A stretch of DNA of 64,000 nt. Source: Eledone cirrhosa. Taxonomy: Eukaryota. Shown here piece by piece: positions 13,151 to 28,400 of this stretch; the first letter of the stretch is position 1; the number at the start of each line of letters is the position of its first letter. Position numbers and translations under genes: made by a program. Where the stretch lies: NCBI GenBank assembly GCA_964016885.1, contig OZ024744.1, forward strand, positions 18,848,001 to 18,912,000. Reading direction: 5' to 3'. The notes beneath the pieces were generated by a model that made no database searches, was not told the DNA's origin, and saw nothing but the letters and a program-made list of their open reading frames with translations.

Positions 13151-16100
13151 TGTCTATGTCACTGTGTATGTCATTGTATCTTTGTGTATGTCTGTGTCAC
13201 TGTGTATGTCACAGTATGTTTCTGTAAGTTTGTGTCACTGTGTATGTCACTGTGTGTTTCTGTATGTCTGTGTCTCTGTGTATGTCACTGTATGTTTCTG
13301 TATGTCTGTTTCACTGTGTATGTCACTGTGTCATTATGTATGTATGTGTCACTCTGTATGTCACTGTATATTTCTGTATGTCTGTGTCACTGTGTATATC
13401 ACTGTATGTTTCTGTATGTCTGTGTCACTGTGTATGTCACTGTGTGTCTCTGTATGGCTGTGTCACTGTGTATGTCACTGTATCTTTGTGTATGTCTGTG
13501 TCACTGTGTATGTCACAGTGTGTTTCTGTATGTCTGTGTCACTGTCTATGTCACTGTATGTTTCTGAATGTCTGTGTCACTGTGTATGTCACTGTGTGTT
13601 TGTGTATGTCTGTGTCACTGTATGTTTCTGTATGTCTGTGTCACTGTGTATGTCACTGTGTGTTTCTGTATGCCTGTGTCACTGTGTATGTCACTGTATG
13701 TTTCTGAATGTCTGTTTCACTGTGTATATCACTGTGTGTTTCTGTATGTCTGTGTCACTGTATATGTCACTGTATCTTTGTGTATGCCTGTGTCACTCTC
13801 TATGTCACTGTATGTTTCTGTATGTCTGTTTCACTGTGTATGTCACTGTATATTTGTGTATGTCTGTGTCACTCTGTATGTCACTGTGTGTTTTTGTATG
13901 TCTGTGTCACTATGTATGCCACTGTATATTTGTGTTGTCGGTGTCATTGTGTATGTCACTGGGTGTTTCTGTATGTCTGTGTCACTGTGTATGACACTGT
14001 GTCTTTCTGTATGTATGTATCACTGTGTATGTCACTGTGTGTATCTTTATGTCTGTGTCACTCTGTAAGTCATTGTATCTTTGTGTATGTCTGTGGCACT
14101 CTGTATGTCGTTGTGTGTTTCTGTATGTCTGTGTCTCTGTGTATGTCACTGTATCTTTGTGTATGTATGTGTCACTGTGTATGTCACTCTGTGTTTCTGT
14201 ATGTCTGTGTCACTGTGTATATCACTGTATGTTTGTGTATGTCTGTGTCACGGTGTATATCACTGTATGTTTGTGTATGTCTGTGTCACTGTGTATGTCA
14301 CTGTGTGTTTCTGTATGTCTGTGTCACTGTGTATGTCATTGTATCTTTGTGTATGTCTGTGTCACTGTGTATGTCACAGTATGTTTCTGTAAGTTTGTGT
14401 CACTGTGTATGTCACTGTATGTTTCTGTATGTCTGTTTCACTGTGTATGTCACTGTGTCTTTATGTATGTCTGTGTCACTCTGTATGTCACTGTATATTT
14501 CTGTATGTCTGTGTCACTGTGTATATCACTGTATGTTTCTGTATGTCTGTGTCACTGTGTATGTCACTGTGTGTTTCTGTATGGCTGTGTCACTGTGTAT
14601 GTCACTGTATTTTTGTGTATGTCTGTGTCACTGTGTATGTCACAGTGTGTTTCTGTATGTCTGTGTCACTGTCTATGTCACTGTATGTTTCTGAATGTCT
14701 GTGTCACTGTGTATATCACTGTGTGTTTGTGTATGTCTGTGTCACTGTATGTTTATGTATGTCTGTGTCACTGTGTATGTCACTGTGTGTTTCTGTATGT
14801 CTGTGTCACTGTGTATGACATTGTATCTGTGTGTATGTCTGTGTCACTGTGTATGTCACTGTATGTTTCTCTATCTCTGTGTCACGGTGTATGTCACTGC
14901 ATGTTTGTGTATGTCTGTGTGACTGTGTATATCACTGTGTGTTTCTGTATGGCTGTGTCACTGTGTATGTCACTGTATCTTTGTGTATGTCTGTGTCACT
15001 GTGTATGTCATAGTGTGTTTCTGTATGTCTGTGTCACTGTCTATGTCACTGTATGTTTCTGAATGTCTGTGTCACTGTGTATGTCACTGTGTGTTTCTGT
15101 ATGTCTGTGTCACGGTGTATGTCACTGTATGTTTGTGTGTGACTGTGTCACTCTGTATGTCACTGTGTGTTTGTGTATGTCTGTGTCACTGTATGTTTCT
15201 GTATGTCTGTGTCACTGTGTATGTCACTGTGTGTTTCTGTATGTCTGTGTCACTGTGTATGTCATTGTATCTTTGTGTATGTCTGTGTCACTGTGTATGT
15301 CACTGTATGTTTCTGTAAGTTTGTGTCACTGTGTATGTCACTGTGTGTTTCTGTATGTCTGTGTCTCTGTGTATGTCACTGTATGTTTCTGTATGTCTGT
15401 TTCACTGTGTATGTCACTGTGTCTTTATGTATGTCTGTGTCACTCTGTATGTCACTGTATATTTCTGTATGTCTGTGTCACTGTGTATGTCACTGTATGT
15501 TTCTGTATGCTTGTGTCACTGTGTATGTCACTGTATGTTTCTGTATGTCTGTTTCACTGTGTATGTCACTGTGTCTTTGTGTATGTCTGTGTCACTGTGT
15601 ATGTCACTGTGTGTTTATGTATATCTGTGTCTCTGTGTATGCCACTGTATCTTTGTGTATGTCTGCGTCACTGTGTATGTCACTGTGTGTTTCTGTATGT
15701 CTGTGTCACTGTGTATGTCACAGTGTGTTTCTGTATATATGTGTCTCTGTGTATGTCACTGTATCTTTGTGTATGTCTGTGTCACTGTGTGTTTCTGTAT
15801 GTCTGTGTCACTGTGTATGTCACTGTATGTTTGTGTGTGTCTGTGTCACTGTGTATGTCACAGTGTGTTTGTGTATGTCTGTGTCACTGTATGTTTCTGT
15901 ATGTCTGTGTCACTGTCTATGTCACCGTATGTGTGTGTATGTCTGTGTCACGGTGTATGCCACTGTGTGTTTCTGTATGTCTGTGTCACTGTGTATGTCA
16001 CTGTATGTTTGTGTGTGTCTGTGTCACTGTGTATGTCAATGTCTCTGTGTGTTTCTGTTTGTCTGTGTCTCTGTGTATGTCACTGTATCTTTGTGTATGT

Positions 16101-18514
16101 ATGTGTCACTGTGTATGTCACTGTGTGTTTCTGTATGTCTGTGTCACTGTGTATATCACTGTGTGTTTCTGTATATCTGTGTCTCTGTGTATGTCACTGT
16201 ATCTTTGTGTATGTCTGGGTCGTCACTGTGTATGTCACTGTATATTTGTGTATGTCTGTGTTACGGTGTATATCACTGTATGTTTGTGTATGTCTGTGTC
16301 ACTCTGTATGTCACTGTATATTTCTGTATGTCTGTGTCACTGTGTATATCACTGTATGTTTCTGTATGTCTGTGTCACTGTGTATGTCACAGTGTGTTTC
16401 TGTATGTCTGTGTCACTGTCTATGTCACTGTATGTTTCTGAATGTCTGTGTCACTGTGTATATCACTGTGTGTTTGTGTATGTCTGTGTCACTGTATGTT
16501 TCTGTATGTCTGTGTCACTGTGTATGACATTGCATCTTTGTGTATGTCTGTGTCACTGTGTATGTCACTGTATGTTTCTGTATCTTTGTGTCACTGTGTA
16601 TGTCACTGTGTGTTTCTGTATGTCTGTGTCTCTGTGTATGTCACTGTATGTTTCTGTATGTCTGTTTCACTGTGTATATCACTGCTTCTTTATGTATGTC
16701 TGTGTCACTCTGTATGTCACTGTATATTTCTGTATGTCTGTGTCACTGTGTATGTCACTGTATGTTTCTGTATGTCTGTGTCACTGTGTATGTCACTCTA
16801 TGTTTCTGTATGTCTGTGTCACTGTGTATGTCACTGTATCTTTGTGTATGTCTGTGTCCCTGTGTATGTCACTGTATGTTTCTGTATGTTTGTGTCACTG
16901 TGTATGTCACTGTGTGTTTCTGTATGTCTGTGTCACTGTGTATGTCACTGTGTGTTACTGTATGTTTGTGTCACTGTGTATGTCACTAAATGTTTGCGTG
17001 TGTCTGTGTCACTGTGTATGTCACTGTGTGTTTCTGTATGTCTGTGTGACTGTGTATGTCACTGTGTGTTTCTGTATGTCTGTGTCACTGTATGTTTCTG
17101 TATGTCTGTGTCACTGTGTATGTCACTGTGTGTTTCTGTATGTATGTGTCACCGTGTATGTCACTGTATCTTTGTGTATGCCTGTGTCACTGTGTATGTC
17201 ACTGTGTGTTTCTGTATGTTGTGTCACTGTGTATGTCACTAAATGTTTGTGTGTGTCTGTGTCTCTGTGTATGTCACTGTGTGTTTGCGTGTGTCTGTGT
17301 CACTGTGTATGTCACTGTGTGTTTCTGTATGTCTGTGTGACTGTGTATGTCACTGTTTGTTTGTGTATGTCTGTGTCACTGTGTGTGTTTCTGTATGTCT
17401 GTGTCACTGTGTATGTCATTGCATCTTTGTGTATGTCTGTCTCACTCTGTATGTCACTGTGTGTTTCTGCATGTCTGTGTCACTGTGTATGTCAGTGTGT
17501 TTCTGTATGTCTGTGTTACTGTGTATGTCACTGTATGTTTCTGTATGTCTGTTTCACTGTGTATATCACTGTGTGTTTCTGTATGTCTGTGTCACTGTAT
17601 ATGTCACTGTATCTTTGTGTATGCCTGTGTCACTGTCTATGTCACTGTATGTTTCTGTATGTCTGATTCACTGTGTATGTCACCGTATATTTGTGTATGT
17701 CTGTGTCACTCTGTATGTCACTGTGTGTTTCTGTATGTCTATGTCACTATGTGTGCCACTGTATATTTGTGTTGTTTGTGTCATTGTGTATGTCACTTGG
17801 TGTTTCTGTATGTCTGTGTCACTGTGTATGACACTGTGTCTTTCTGTATGTATGTATCACTGTGTATGTCACTGTGTGTATCTGTATGTCTGTGTCACTG
17901 TGTAAGTCATTGTATCTTTATGTATGTCTGTGGCACTCTGTATGTCGTTGTGTGTTTGTGTATGTATGTGTCTCTGTGTATGTCACTGTATATTTGTGTA
18001 TGTATGTGTCACTGTGTATGTCACTGTGAGTTTCTCTACGTCTGTGTCACTGTGTATGTCACTGTATGTCTCTGTATGTCTGTGTCACTGTCTATGTCAC
18101 TGTATCTTTGTGTATGTCTGTGTCACTGTGTATGTCACTGTGTGTTTATGTATTTCTGTGTATCTGTGTATGTCACTGTATCTTTGTGTATGTCTGCGTC
18201 ACTGTGTATGTCACTGTGTGATTCTTATGTCTGTGTCACTGTGTATGTCGCAGTGTGTTTCTGTATATATGTGTCTCTGTGTATGTCAATGTATCTTTGT
18301 GTATGTCAGTGTCACTGTGTGTTTCTGTATGTCTGTGTCACTGTGTATGTCACTGTATGTTTGTGTGTGTCTGTGTCACTGTGTATGTCACTGTGTGTTT
18401 GTGTATGTCTGTGTCACAGTATGTTTCTGTATGTCTGTGTCACTGTGTATGTCACTGTTTGTTTCTGTATGTATGTGTCACTGTGTATGTCACCGTATGT
18501 GTGTGTATGTCTGT

Positions 18515-19420
18515 GTCACGGTGTATGTCACTGTATATTTGTGTATGCCTGTGTCACTGGGTATGTCACTGTGTGTTTTTGTATGTCTGTGTCACAGTGT
18601 ATGTCACTGTATGTTTGTGTGTGTCTGTGTCACTGTGTATGTCAATGTCTCTGTGTGTTTCTGTATGTCTGTGTCTCTGTGTATGTCACTGTATCTTTGT
18701 GTATGTATGTGTCACTGTGTATGTCACTGTGTGTTTCTGTATGTCTGTGTCACTGTGTATATCACTGTGTGTTTCTGTATATTTGTGTCTCTGTGTATGT
18801 CACTGTATCTTCGTGTATATCTGGGTCACTGTGTATGTCACTGTATACTTGTGTATGTCTGTGTCACGGTGTATATCACTGTATGTTTGTGTATGTCTGT
18901 GTCACTGTGTATGTCACTGTATGTTTCTGTATGTCTGTGTCACTGTGTATATCAATGTGTGTTTCTGTATCTCTGTGTCACGCTGTATGTCACTGCATGT
19001 TTGTGTATGTCTGTGTGACTGTGTATGTCACTGTGTGTTTCTGTATGGCTGTGTCACGGTGTATGTCACTGTATATTTGTGTATGCCTGTGTCACTGGGT
19101 ATGTCACTGTGTGTTTTTGTATGTCTGTGTCACAGTGTATGTCACTGTATGTTTGTGTGTGTCTGTGTCACTGTGTATGTCAATGTCTCTGTGTGTTTCT
19201 GTTTGTCTGTGTCTCTGTGTATGTCACTGTATCTTTGTGTATGTATGTGTCACTGTGTATGTCACTGTGTGTTTCTGTATGTCTGTGTCACTGTGTATAT
19301 CACTGTGTGTTTCTGTATATCTGTGTCTCTGTGTATGTCACTGTATCTTTGTGTATGTCTGGGTCACTGTGTATGTCAATGTATATTTGTGTATGTCTGT
19401 GTTACGGTGTATATCACTGT
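18515..19420. repeat. Local 538-bp-offset duplication (14x38+6) seen only in HOR-B copy 1
   Basis: The variant string GTCACGGTGTATGTCACTGTATATTTGTGTATGCCTGTGTCACTGGGTATG...TTTTTGTATG...CACAGTG starts at 18515 and again at 19053. Confidence 0.75.
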
Positions 19421-22400
19421 ATGTTTGTGTATGTCTGTGTCACTCTGTATGTCACTGTATATTTCTATATGTCTGTGTCACTGTGTATATCACTGTATGT
19501 TTCTGTATATCTGTGTCACTGTGTATGTCACTGTGTGTTTCTTATGGCTGTGTCACTGTGTATGTCACTGTATCTTTGTGTATGTCTGTGTCACTGTGTA
19601 TGTCACAGTGTGTTTCTGTATGTCTGTGTCACTGTCTATGTCACTGTATGTTTCTGAATGTCTGTGTCACGGTGTATATCACTGTGTTTGTGTATGTCTG
19701 TGTCACTGTATGTTTCTGTATGTCTGTGTCACTGTGTATGTCACTGTGTGTTTCTGTATGTCTGTGTCACTGTGTATGACATTGTATCTATGTGTATGTC
19801 TGTGTCACTGTGTATGTCACTGTATGTTTCTGTATGTTTGTGTCACTGTGTATGTCACTGTGTGTTTCTGTAGGTCTGTGTCTCTGTGTATGTCACTGTA
19901 TGTTTCTGTATGTCTGTTTCACTGTGTATGTCACTGTGTCTTTATGTATGTCTGTGTCACTCTGTATGTCACTGTATATTTCTGTATGTCTGTGTCACTG
20001 TGTATGTCACTGTATGTTTCTGTATGTCTGTTTCACTGTGTATGTCACTGTGTCTTTATGTATGTCTGTGTCACTCTGTATGTCACTGTATATTTCTGTA
20101 TGTCTGTGTCACTGTGTATGTCACTGTATGTTTCTGTATGTCTGTGTCACTGTGTATGTCACTGTATCTTTGTGTATGTCTGTGTCCCTGTGTATGTCAC
20201 TGTATGTTTCTGTATGTTTGTGTCACTGGGTATGTCACTGTGTGTTTCTGTATGTCTGTGTGACTGTGTATGTCACTGTGTGTGTGTGTATGTCTGTGTC
20301 ACTGTATGTTTCTGTATGTCTGTGTCACTGTGTATGTCACTGTGTGTTTCTGTATGTATGTGTCACCGTGTATGTCACTGTATCTTTGTGTATGCCTGTG
20401 TCACTGTGTATGTCACTGTGTGTTTCTGTATGTTTGTGTCACTGTGTATGTCACTAAATGTTTGTGTGTGTCTGTGTCACTGTGTATGTCACTGTTTGTT
20501 TGTGTATGTCTGTGTCACTGTGTATGTCATTGCATCTTTGTGTATGTCTGTGTCACTGTGTATGTCACTGTGTGTTTCTGTATGTCTGTGTCACTGTGTA
20601 TGTCACTGTATGTTTCTGTATGTCTGTTTCACTGTGTATGTCACTGTATATTTGTGTATGTCTGTGTCACTCTGTATGTCACTGTGTGTTTCTGTATGTC
20701 TATGTCACTATGTATGCCACTGTATATTTGTGTTGTCTGTGTCATTGTGTATGTCACTGGGTGTTTCTGTATGTCTGTGTCACTGTGTATGACACTGTGT
20801 CTTTCTGTATGTATGTATCACTGTGTATGTCACTGTGTGTATCTGTATGTCTGTGTCACTGTGTAAGTCATTGTATCTTTGTGTATGTCTGTGGCACTCT
20901 GTATGTCGTTGTGTGTTTCTGTATGTATGTGTCTCTGTGTATGTCACTGTATATTTGTGTATGTATGTGTCACTGTGTATGTCACTGTGAGTTTCTCTAC
21001 GTCTGTGTCACTGTGTATGTCACTGTATGTCTCTGTATGTCTGTGTCACTGTCTATGTCACTGTATCTTTGTGTATGTCTGTGTCACTGTGTATGTCACT
21101 GTGTGTTTATGTATTTCTGTGTCTCTGTGTATGCCACTGTATCTTTGTGTATGTCTGCGTCACTGTGTATGTCACTGTGTGTTTCTGTATGTCTGTGTCA
21201 CTTTGTATGTCGCAGTGTGTTTCTGTATATATGTGTCTCTGTGTATGTCAATGTATCTTTGTGTATGTCTGTGTCACTGTGTGTTTCTGTATGTCTGTGT
21301 CACTGTGTATGTCACTGTATGTTTGTGTGTGTCTGTGTCACTGTGTATGTCACTGTGTGTTTGTGTATGTCTGTGTCACAGTATGTTTCTGTATGTCTGT
21401 GTCACTGTGTATGTCACTGTTTGTTTCTGTATGTATGTGTCACTGTGTATGTCACCGTATGTGTGTGTATGTCTGTGTCACGGTGTATGTCACTGTATCT
21501 TTGTGTATGCCTGTGTCACTGTGTATGTCACTGTATGTTTGTGTGTGTCTGTGTCACTGTGTATGTCAATGTCTCTGTGTGTTTCTGTATGTCTTTGTCT
21601 CTGTGTATGTCACTGTATCTTTGTGTATGTATGTGTCACTGTGTATGTCACTGTGTGTTTCTGTATGTCTGTGTCACTGTGTATATCACTGTGTGTTTCT
21701 GTATATCTGTGTCTCTGTGTATGTCACTGTATCTTCGTGTATGTCTGGGTCACTGTGTATGTCACTGTATATTTGTGTATGTCTGTGTCACTGTGTATGT
21801 CACTGTATGTTTCTGTATGTCTGTGTCACTGTGTATATCAATGTGTGTTTCTGTATCTCTGTGTCACGGTGTATGTCACAGCATGTTTGTGTATGTCTGT
21901 GTGACTGTGTATGTCACTGTGTGTTTCTGTATGGCTGTGTCACTGTGTATGTCACTGTATCTTTGTGTATGTATGTGTCACTGTGTATGTCACAGTGTGT
22001 TTCTGTATGTATGTGTCACTGTCTATGTCACTGTATGTTTCTGAATGTCTGTGTCACTGTGTATGTCACTGTGTTTCTGTATGTCTGTGTCACGATGTAT
22101 GTCACTGTATGTTTGTGTGTGACTGTGTCACTGTGTATGTCACTGTATGTTTGTGTATGTCTGTGTCACTGTATGTTTCTGTATGTCTGTGTCACTGTGT
22201 ATATCACTGTGTGTTTCTGTATGTCTGTGTCACTGTGTATGTCATTGTATATTTGTGTATGTCTGTGTCACTGTGTATGTCACTGTATGTTTCTGTAAGT
22301 TTGTGTCACTGTGTATGTCACTGTGTGTTTCTGTATGTCTGTGTCTCTGTGTATGTCATTGTATGTTTCTGTATGTCTGTTTCACTGTGTATGTCACTGT

Positions 22401-25400
22401 GTCTTTATGTATGTCTGTGTCACTCTGTATGTCACTGTATATTTCTGTATGTCTGTGTCACTGTGTATGTCACTGTATGTTTCTGTATGTTTGTGTCACT
22501 GTGTATGTCACTGTATGTTTCTGTATGTCTGTTTCACTGTGTATGTCACTGTGTCTTTATGTATGTCTGTGTCACTCTGTATGTCACTGTATATTTCTGT
22601 ATGTCTGTGTCACTGTGTATGTCACTGTGTGTTTCTGTATGTATGTGTCACCGTGTATGTCACTGTATCTTTGTGTATGCCTGTGTCACTGTGTATGTCA
22701 CTGTGTGTTTCTGTATGTTTGTGTTACTGTGTATGTCACTAAATGTTTGTGTGTGTCTGTGTCTCTGTGTATGTCACTGTGTGTTTTTGTGTGTCTGTGT
22801 CACTGTGTATGTCACTGTGTGTTTCTGTATGTCTGTGTCACTGTGTATGTCACTGTATGTTTCTGTATTCTGTTTCACTGTGTATATCACTGTGTGTTTC
22901 TGTATGTCTGTGTCACTGTATATGTCACTGTATCTTTGTGTATGCCTGTGTCACTGTCTATGTTACTGTATGTTTATGTATGTCTGTTTCACTCTGTATG
23001 TCACTGTATATTTGTGTATGTCTGTGTCACTCTGTATGTCACTGTGTGTTTCTGTATGTCTGTGTCACTATGTATGCCACTGTATATTTGTGTTGTCTGT
23101 GTCATTGTGTATGTCACTGTGTCTTTCTGTATGTATGTATCACTGTGTATGTCACTGTGTGTATCTGTATGCCTGTGTCACTGTGTAAGTCATTGTATCT
23201 TTGTGTATGTCTGTGGCACTCTGTATGTCGTTGTGTGTTTCTGTATGTACGTGTCTCTGTGTATGTCACTGTATATTTGTGTATGTATGTGTCACTGTGT
23301 ATGTCACTGTGTGTTTCTGTATGTCTGTGTCTCTGTGTATGTCACTGTATCTTTGTGTATGTATGTGTCACTGTGTATGTCACTGTGTGTTTCTGTATGT
23401 CTGTGTCACTGTGTATATCACTGTGTGTTTCTGTATATCTGTGTCTCTGTGCATGTCACTGTATCTTTGTGTATGTCTGGGTCACTGTGTATGTAACTGT
23501 ATATTTGTGTATGTCTGTGTCACGGTGTATATCACTGTATGTTTGTGTATGTCTGTGTCACTGTGTATGTCACTGTATGTTTCTGTATGTCTGTGTCACT
23601 GTGTATATCAATGTGTGTTTCTGTATCTCTGTGTCACGGTGTATGTCACTGCATGTTTGTGTATGTCTGTGTGACTGTGTATGTCTCTGTGTGTTTCTGT
23701 ATGGCTGTGTCACTGTGTATGTCACTGTATCTTTGTGTATGTCTGTGTCACTGTGTATGTCACAGTGTGTTTCTGTATGTCTGTGTCACTGTCTATGTCA
23801 CTGTATGTTTCTGAATGTCTGTGTCACTGTGTATGACACTGTGTGTTTCTGTATGTCTGTGTCACGGTGTATGTCACTGTATGTTTGTGTGTGACTGTGT
23901 CACTGTGTATGTCACTGTGTGTTTGTGTATGTCTGTGTCACTGTATGTTTCTGTATGTCTATGTCACTGTGTATGTCATTGTATCTTTGTGTATGTATGT
24001 GTCACTGTGTATGTCACAGTATGTTTCTGTAAGTTTGTGTCACTGTGTATGTCACTGTGTGTTTCTGTATGTCTGTGTCTCTGTGTATGTCACTGTATGT
24101 TTCTGTATGTCTGTTTCACTGTGTATGTCACTGTGTCATTATGTATGTATGTGTCACTCTGTATGTCACTGTATATTTCTGTATGTCTGTGTCACTGTGT
24201 ATATCACTGTATGTTTCTGTATGTCTGTGTCACTGTGTATGTCACTGTGTGTCTCTGTATGGCTGTGTCACTGTGTATGTCACTGTATCTTTGTGTATGT
24301 CTGTGTCACTGTGTATGTCACAGTGTGTTTCTGTATGTCTGTGTCACTGTCTATGTCACTGTATGTTTCTGAATGTCTGTGTCACTGTGTATGTCACTGT
24401 GTGTTTGTGTATGTCTGTGTCACTGTATGTTTCTGTATGTCTGTGTCACTGTGTATGTCACTGTGTGTTTCTGTATGCCTGTGTCACTGTGTATGTCACT
24501 GTATGTTTCTGTATGTCTGTTTCACTGTGTATATCACTGTGTGTTTCTGTATGTCTGTGTCACTGTATATGTCACTGTATCTTTGTGTATGCCTGTGTCA
24601 CTCTCTATGTCACTGTATGTTTCTGTATGTCTGTTTCACTGTGTATGTCACTGTATATTTGTGTATGTCTGTGTCACTCTGTATGTCACTGTGTGTTTTT
24701 GTATGTCTGTGTCACTATGTATGCCACTGTATATTTGTGTTGTCGGTGTCATTGTGTATGTCACTGGGTGTTTCTGTATGTCTGTGTCACTGTGTATGAC
24801 ACTGTGTATTTCTGTATGTATGTATCACTGTGTATGTCACTGTGTGTATCTTTATGTCTGTGTCACTGTGTAAGTCATTGTATCTTTGTGTATGTCTGTG
24901 GCACTCTGTATGTCGTTGTGTGTTTCTGTATGTCTGTGTCTCTGTGTATGTCACTGTATCTTTGTGTATGTATGTGTCACTGTGTATGTCACTGTGTGTT
25001 TCTGTATGTCTGTGTCACTGTGTATATCACTGTATGTTTGTGTATGTCTGTGTCACGGTGTATATCACTGTATGTTTGTGTATGTCTGTGTCACTGTGTA
25101 TGTCACTGTGTGTTTCTGTATGTCTGTGTCACTGTGTATGTCATTGTATCTTTGTGTATGTCTGTGTCACTGTGTATGTCACAGTATGTTTCTGTAAGTT
25201 TGTGTCACTGGGTATGTCACTGTATGTTTCTGTATGTCTGTTTCACTGTGTATGTCACTGTGTCTTTATGTATGTCTGTGTCACTCTGTATGTCACTGTA
25301 TATTTCTGTATGTCTGTGTCACTGTGTATATCACTGTATGTTTCTGTATGTCTGTGTCACTGTGTATGTCACTGTGTGTTTCTGTATGGCTGTGTCACTG

Positions 25401-28400
25401 TGTATGTCACTGTATCTTTGTGTATGTCTGTGTCACTGTGTATGTCAGAGTGTGTTTCTGTATGTCTGTGTCACTGTCTATGTCACTGTATGTTTCTGAA
25501 TGTCTGTGTCACTGTGTATGTCACTGTGTGTTTGTGTATGTCTGTGTCACTGTATGTTTCTGTATGTCTGTGTCACTGTGTATGTCACTGTGTGTTTCTG
25601 TATGTCTGTGTCACTGTGTATGTCATTGTATCTTTGTGTATGTCTGTGTCACTGTGTATGTCACTGTATGTTTCTGTAAGTTTGTGTCACTGTGTATGTC
25701 ACTGTGTGTTTCTGTATGTCTGTGTCTCTGTGTATGTCACTGTATGTTTCTGTATGTCTGTTTCACTGTGTATGTCACTGTGTCTTTATGTATGTCTGTG
25801 TCACTCTGTATGTCACTGTATATTTCTGTATGTCTGTGTCACTGTGTATGTCACTGTATGTTTCTGTATGCTTGTGTCACTGTGTATGTCACTGTATGTT
25901 TCTGTATGTCTGTTTCACTGTGTATGTCACTGTGTCTTTGTGTATGTCTGTGTTACTGTGTATGTCACTGTGTGTTTATGTATATCTGTGTCTCTGTGTA
26001 TGCCACTGTATCTTTGTGTATGTCTGCGTCACTGTGTATGTCACTGTGTGTTTCTGTATGTCTGTGTCACTGTGTATGTCACGGTGTGTTTCTGTATATA
26101 TGTGTCTCTGTGTATGTCACTGTATCTTTGTGTATGTCTGTGTCACTGTGTGTTACTGTATGTCTGTGTCACTGTGTATGTCACTGTATGTTTGTGTGTG
26201 TCTGTGTCACTGTGTATGTCACAGTGTGTTTGTGTATGTCTGTGTCACTGTATGTTTCTGTATGTCTGTGTCACTGTCTATGTCACCGTATGTGTGTGTA
26301 TGTCTGTGTCACGGTGTATGCCACTGTGTGTTTCTGTATGTCTGTGTCACTGTGTATGTCACTGTATGTTTGTGTGTGTCTGTGTCACTGTGTATGTCAA
26401 TGTCTCTGTGTGTTTCTGTTTGTCTGTGTCTCTGTGTATGTCACTGTATCTTTGTGTATGTATGTGTCACTGTGTATGTCACTGTGTGTTTCTGTATGTC
26501 TGTGTCACTGTGTATATCACTGTGTGTTTCTGTATATCTGTGTCTCTGTGTATGTCACTGTATCTTTGTGTATGTCTGGGTCGTCACTGTGTATGTCACT
26601 GTATATTTGTGTATGTCTGTGTTACGGTGTATATCACTGTATGTTTGTGTACGTCTGTGTCACTCTGTATGTCACTGTATATTTCTGTATGTCTGTGTCA
26701 CTGTGTATATCACTGTATGTTTCTGTATGTCTGTGTCACTGTGTATGTCACAGTGTGTTTCTGTATGTCTGTGTCACTGTCTATGTCACTGTATGTTTCT
26801 GAATGTCTGTGTCACTGTGTATATCACTGTGTGTTTGTGTATGTCTGTGTCACTGTATGTTTCTGTATGTCTGTGTCACTGTGTATGACATTGTATCTTT
26901 GTGTATGTCTGTGTCACTGTGTATGTCACTGTATGTTTTTGTATCTTTGTGTCACTGTGTATGTCACTGTGTGTTTCTGTATGTCTGTGTCTCTGTGTAT
27001 GTCACTGTATGTTTCTGTATGTCTGTTTCACTGTGTATATCACTGCTTCTTTATGTATGTCTGTGTCACTCTGTATGTCACTGTATATTTCTTATGTCTG
27101 TGTCACTGTGTATGTCACTGTATGTTTCTGTATGTCTGTGTCACTGTGTATGTCACTCTATGTTTCTGTATGTCTGTGTCACTGTGTATGTCACTGTATC
27201 TTTGTGTATGTCTGTGTCTCTGTGTATGTCACTGTATGTTTCTGTATGTTTGTGTCACTGTGTATGTCACTGTGTGTTTCTGTATGTCTGTGTCACTGTG
27301 TATGTCACTGTGTGTTACTGTATGTTTGTGTCACTGTGTATGTCACTAAATGTTTGCGTGTGTCTGTGTCACTGTGTATGTCACTGTGTGTTTCTGTATG
27401 TCTGTGTGACTGTGTATGTCACTGTGTGTTTCTGTATGTCTGTGTCACTGTATGTTTCTGTATGTCTGTGTCACTGTGTATGTCACTGTGTGTTTCTGTA
27501 TGTATGTGTCACCGTGTATGTCACTGTATCTTTGTGTATGCCTGTGTCACTGTGTATGTCACTGTGTGTTTCTGTATGTTGTGTCACTGTGTATGTCACT
27601 AAATGTTTGTGTGTGTCTGTGTCACTGTGTATGTCACTGTGTGTTTCTGTATGTCTGTGTGACTGTGTATGTCACTGTTTGTTTGTGTATGTCTGTGTCA
27701 CTGTGTGTGTTTCTGTATGTCTGTGTCACTGTGTATGTCATTGCATCTTTGTGTATGTCTGTCTCACTCTGTATGTCACTGTGTGTTTCTGCATGTCTGT
27801 GTCACTGTGTATGTCAGTGTGTTTCTGTATGTCTGTGTCACTGTGTATGTCACTGTATGTTTCTGTATGTCTGTTTCACTGTGTATATCACTGTGTGTTT
27901 CTGTATGTCTGTGTCACTGTATATGTCACTGTATCTTTGTGTATGCCTGTGTCACTGTCTATGTCACTGTATGTTTCTGTATGTCTGTTTCACTGTGTAT
28001 GTCACCGTATATTTGTGTATGTCTGTGTCACTCTGTATGTCACTGTGTGTTTCTGTATGTCTATGTCACTATGTGTGCCACTGTATATTTGTGTTGTATG
28101 TGTCATTGTGTATGTCACTGGGTGTTTCTGTATGTCTGTGTCACTGTGTATGACACTGTGTCTTTCTGTATGTATGTATCACTGTGTATGTCACTGTGTG
28201 TATCTGTATGTCTGTGTCACTGTGTAAGTCATTGTATCTTTATGTATGTCTGTGGCACTCTGTATGTCGTTGTGTGTTTGTGTATGTATGTGTCTCTGTG
28301 TATGTCACTGTATATTTGTGTATGTATGTGTCACTGTGTATGTCACTGTGAGTTTCTCTACGTCTGTGTCACTGTGTATGTCACTGTATGTCTCTGTATG

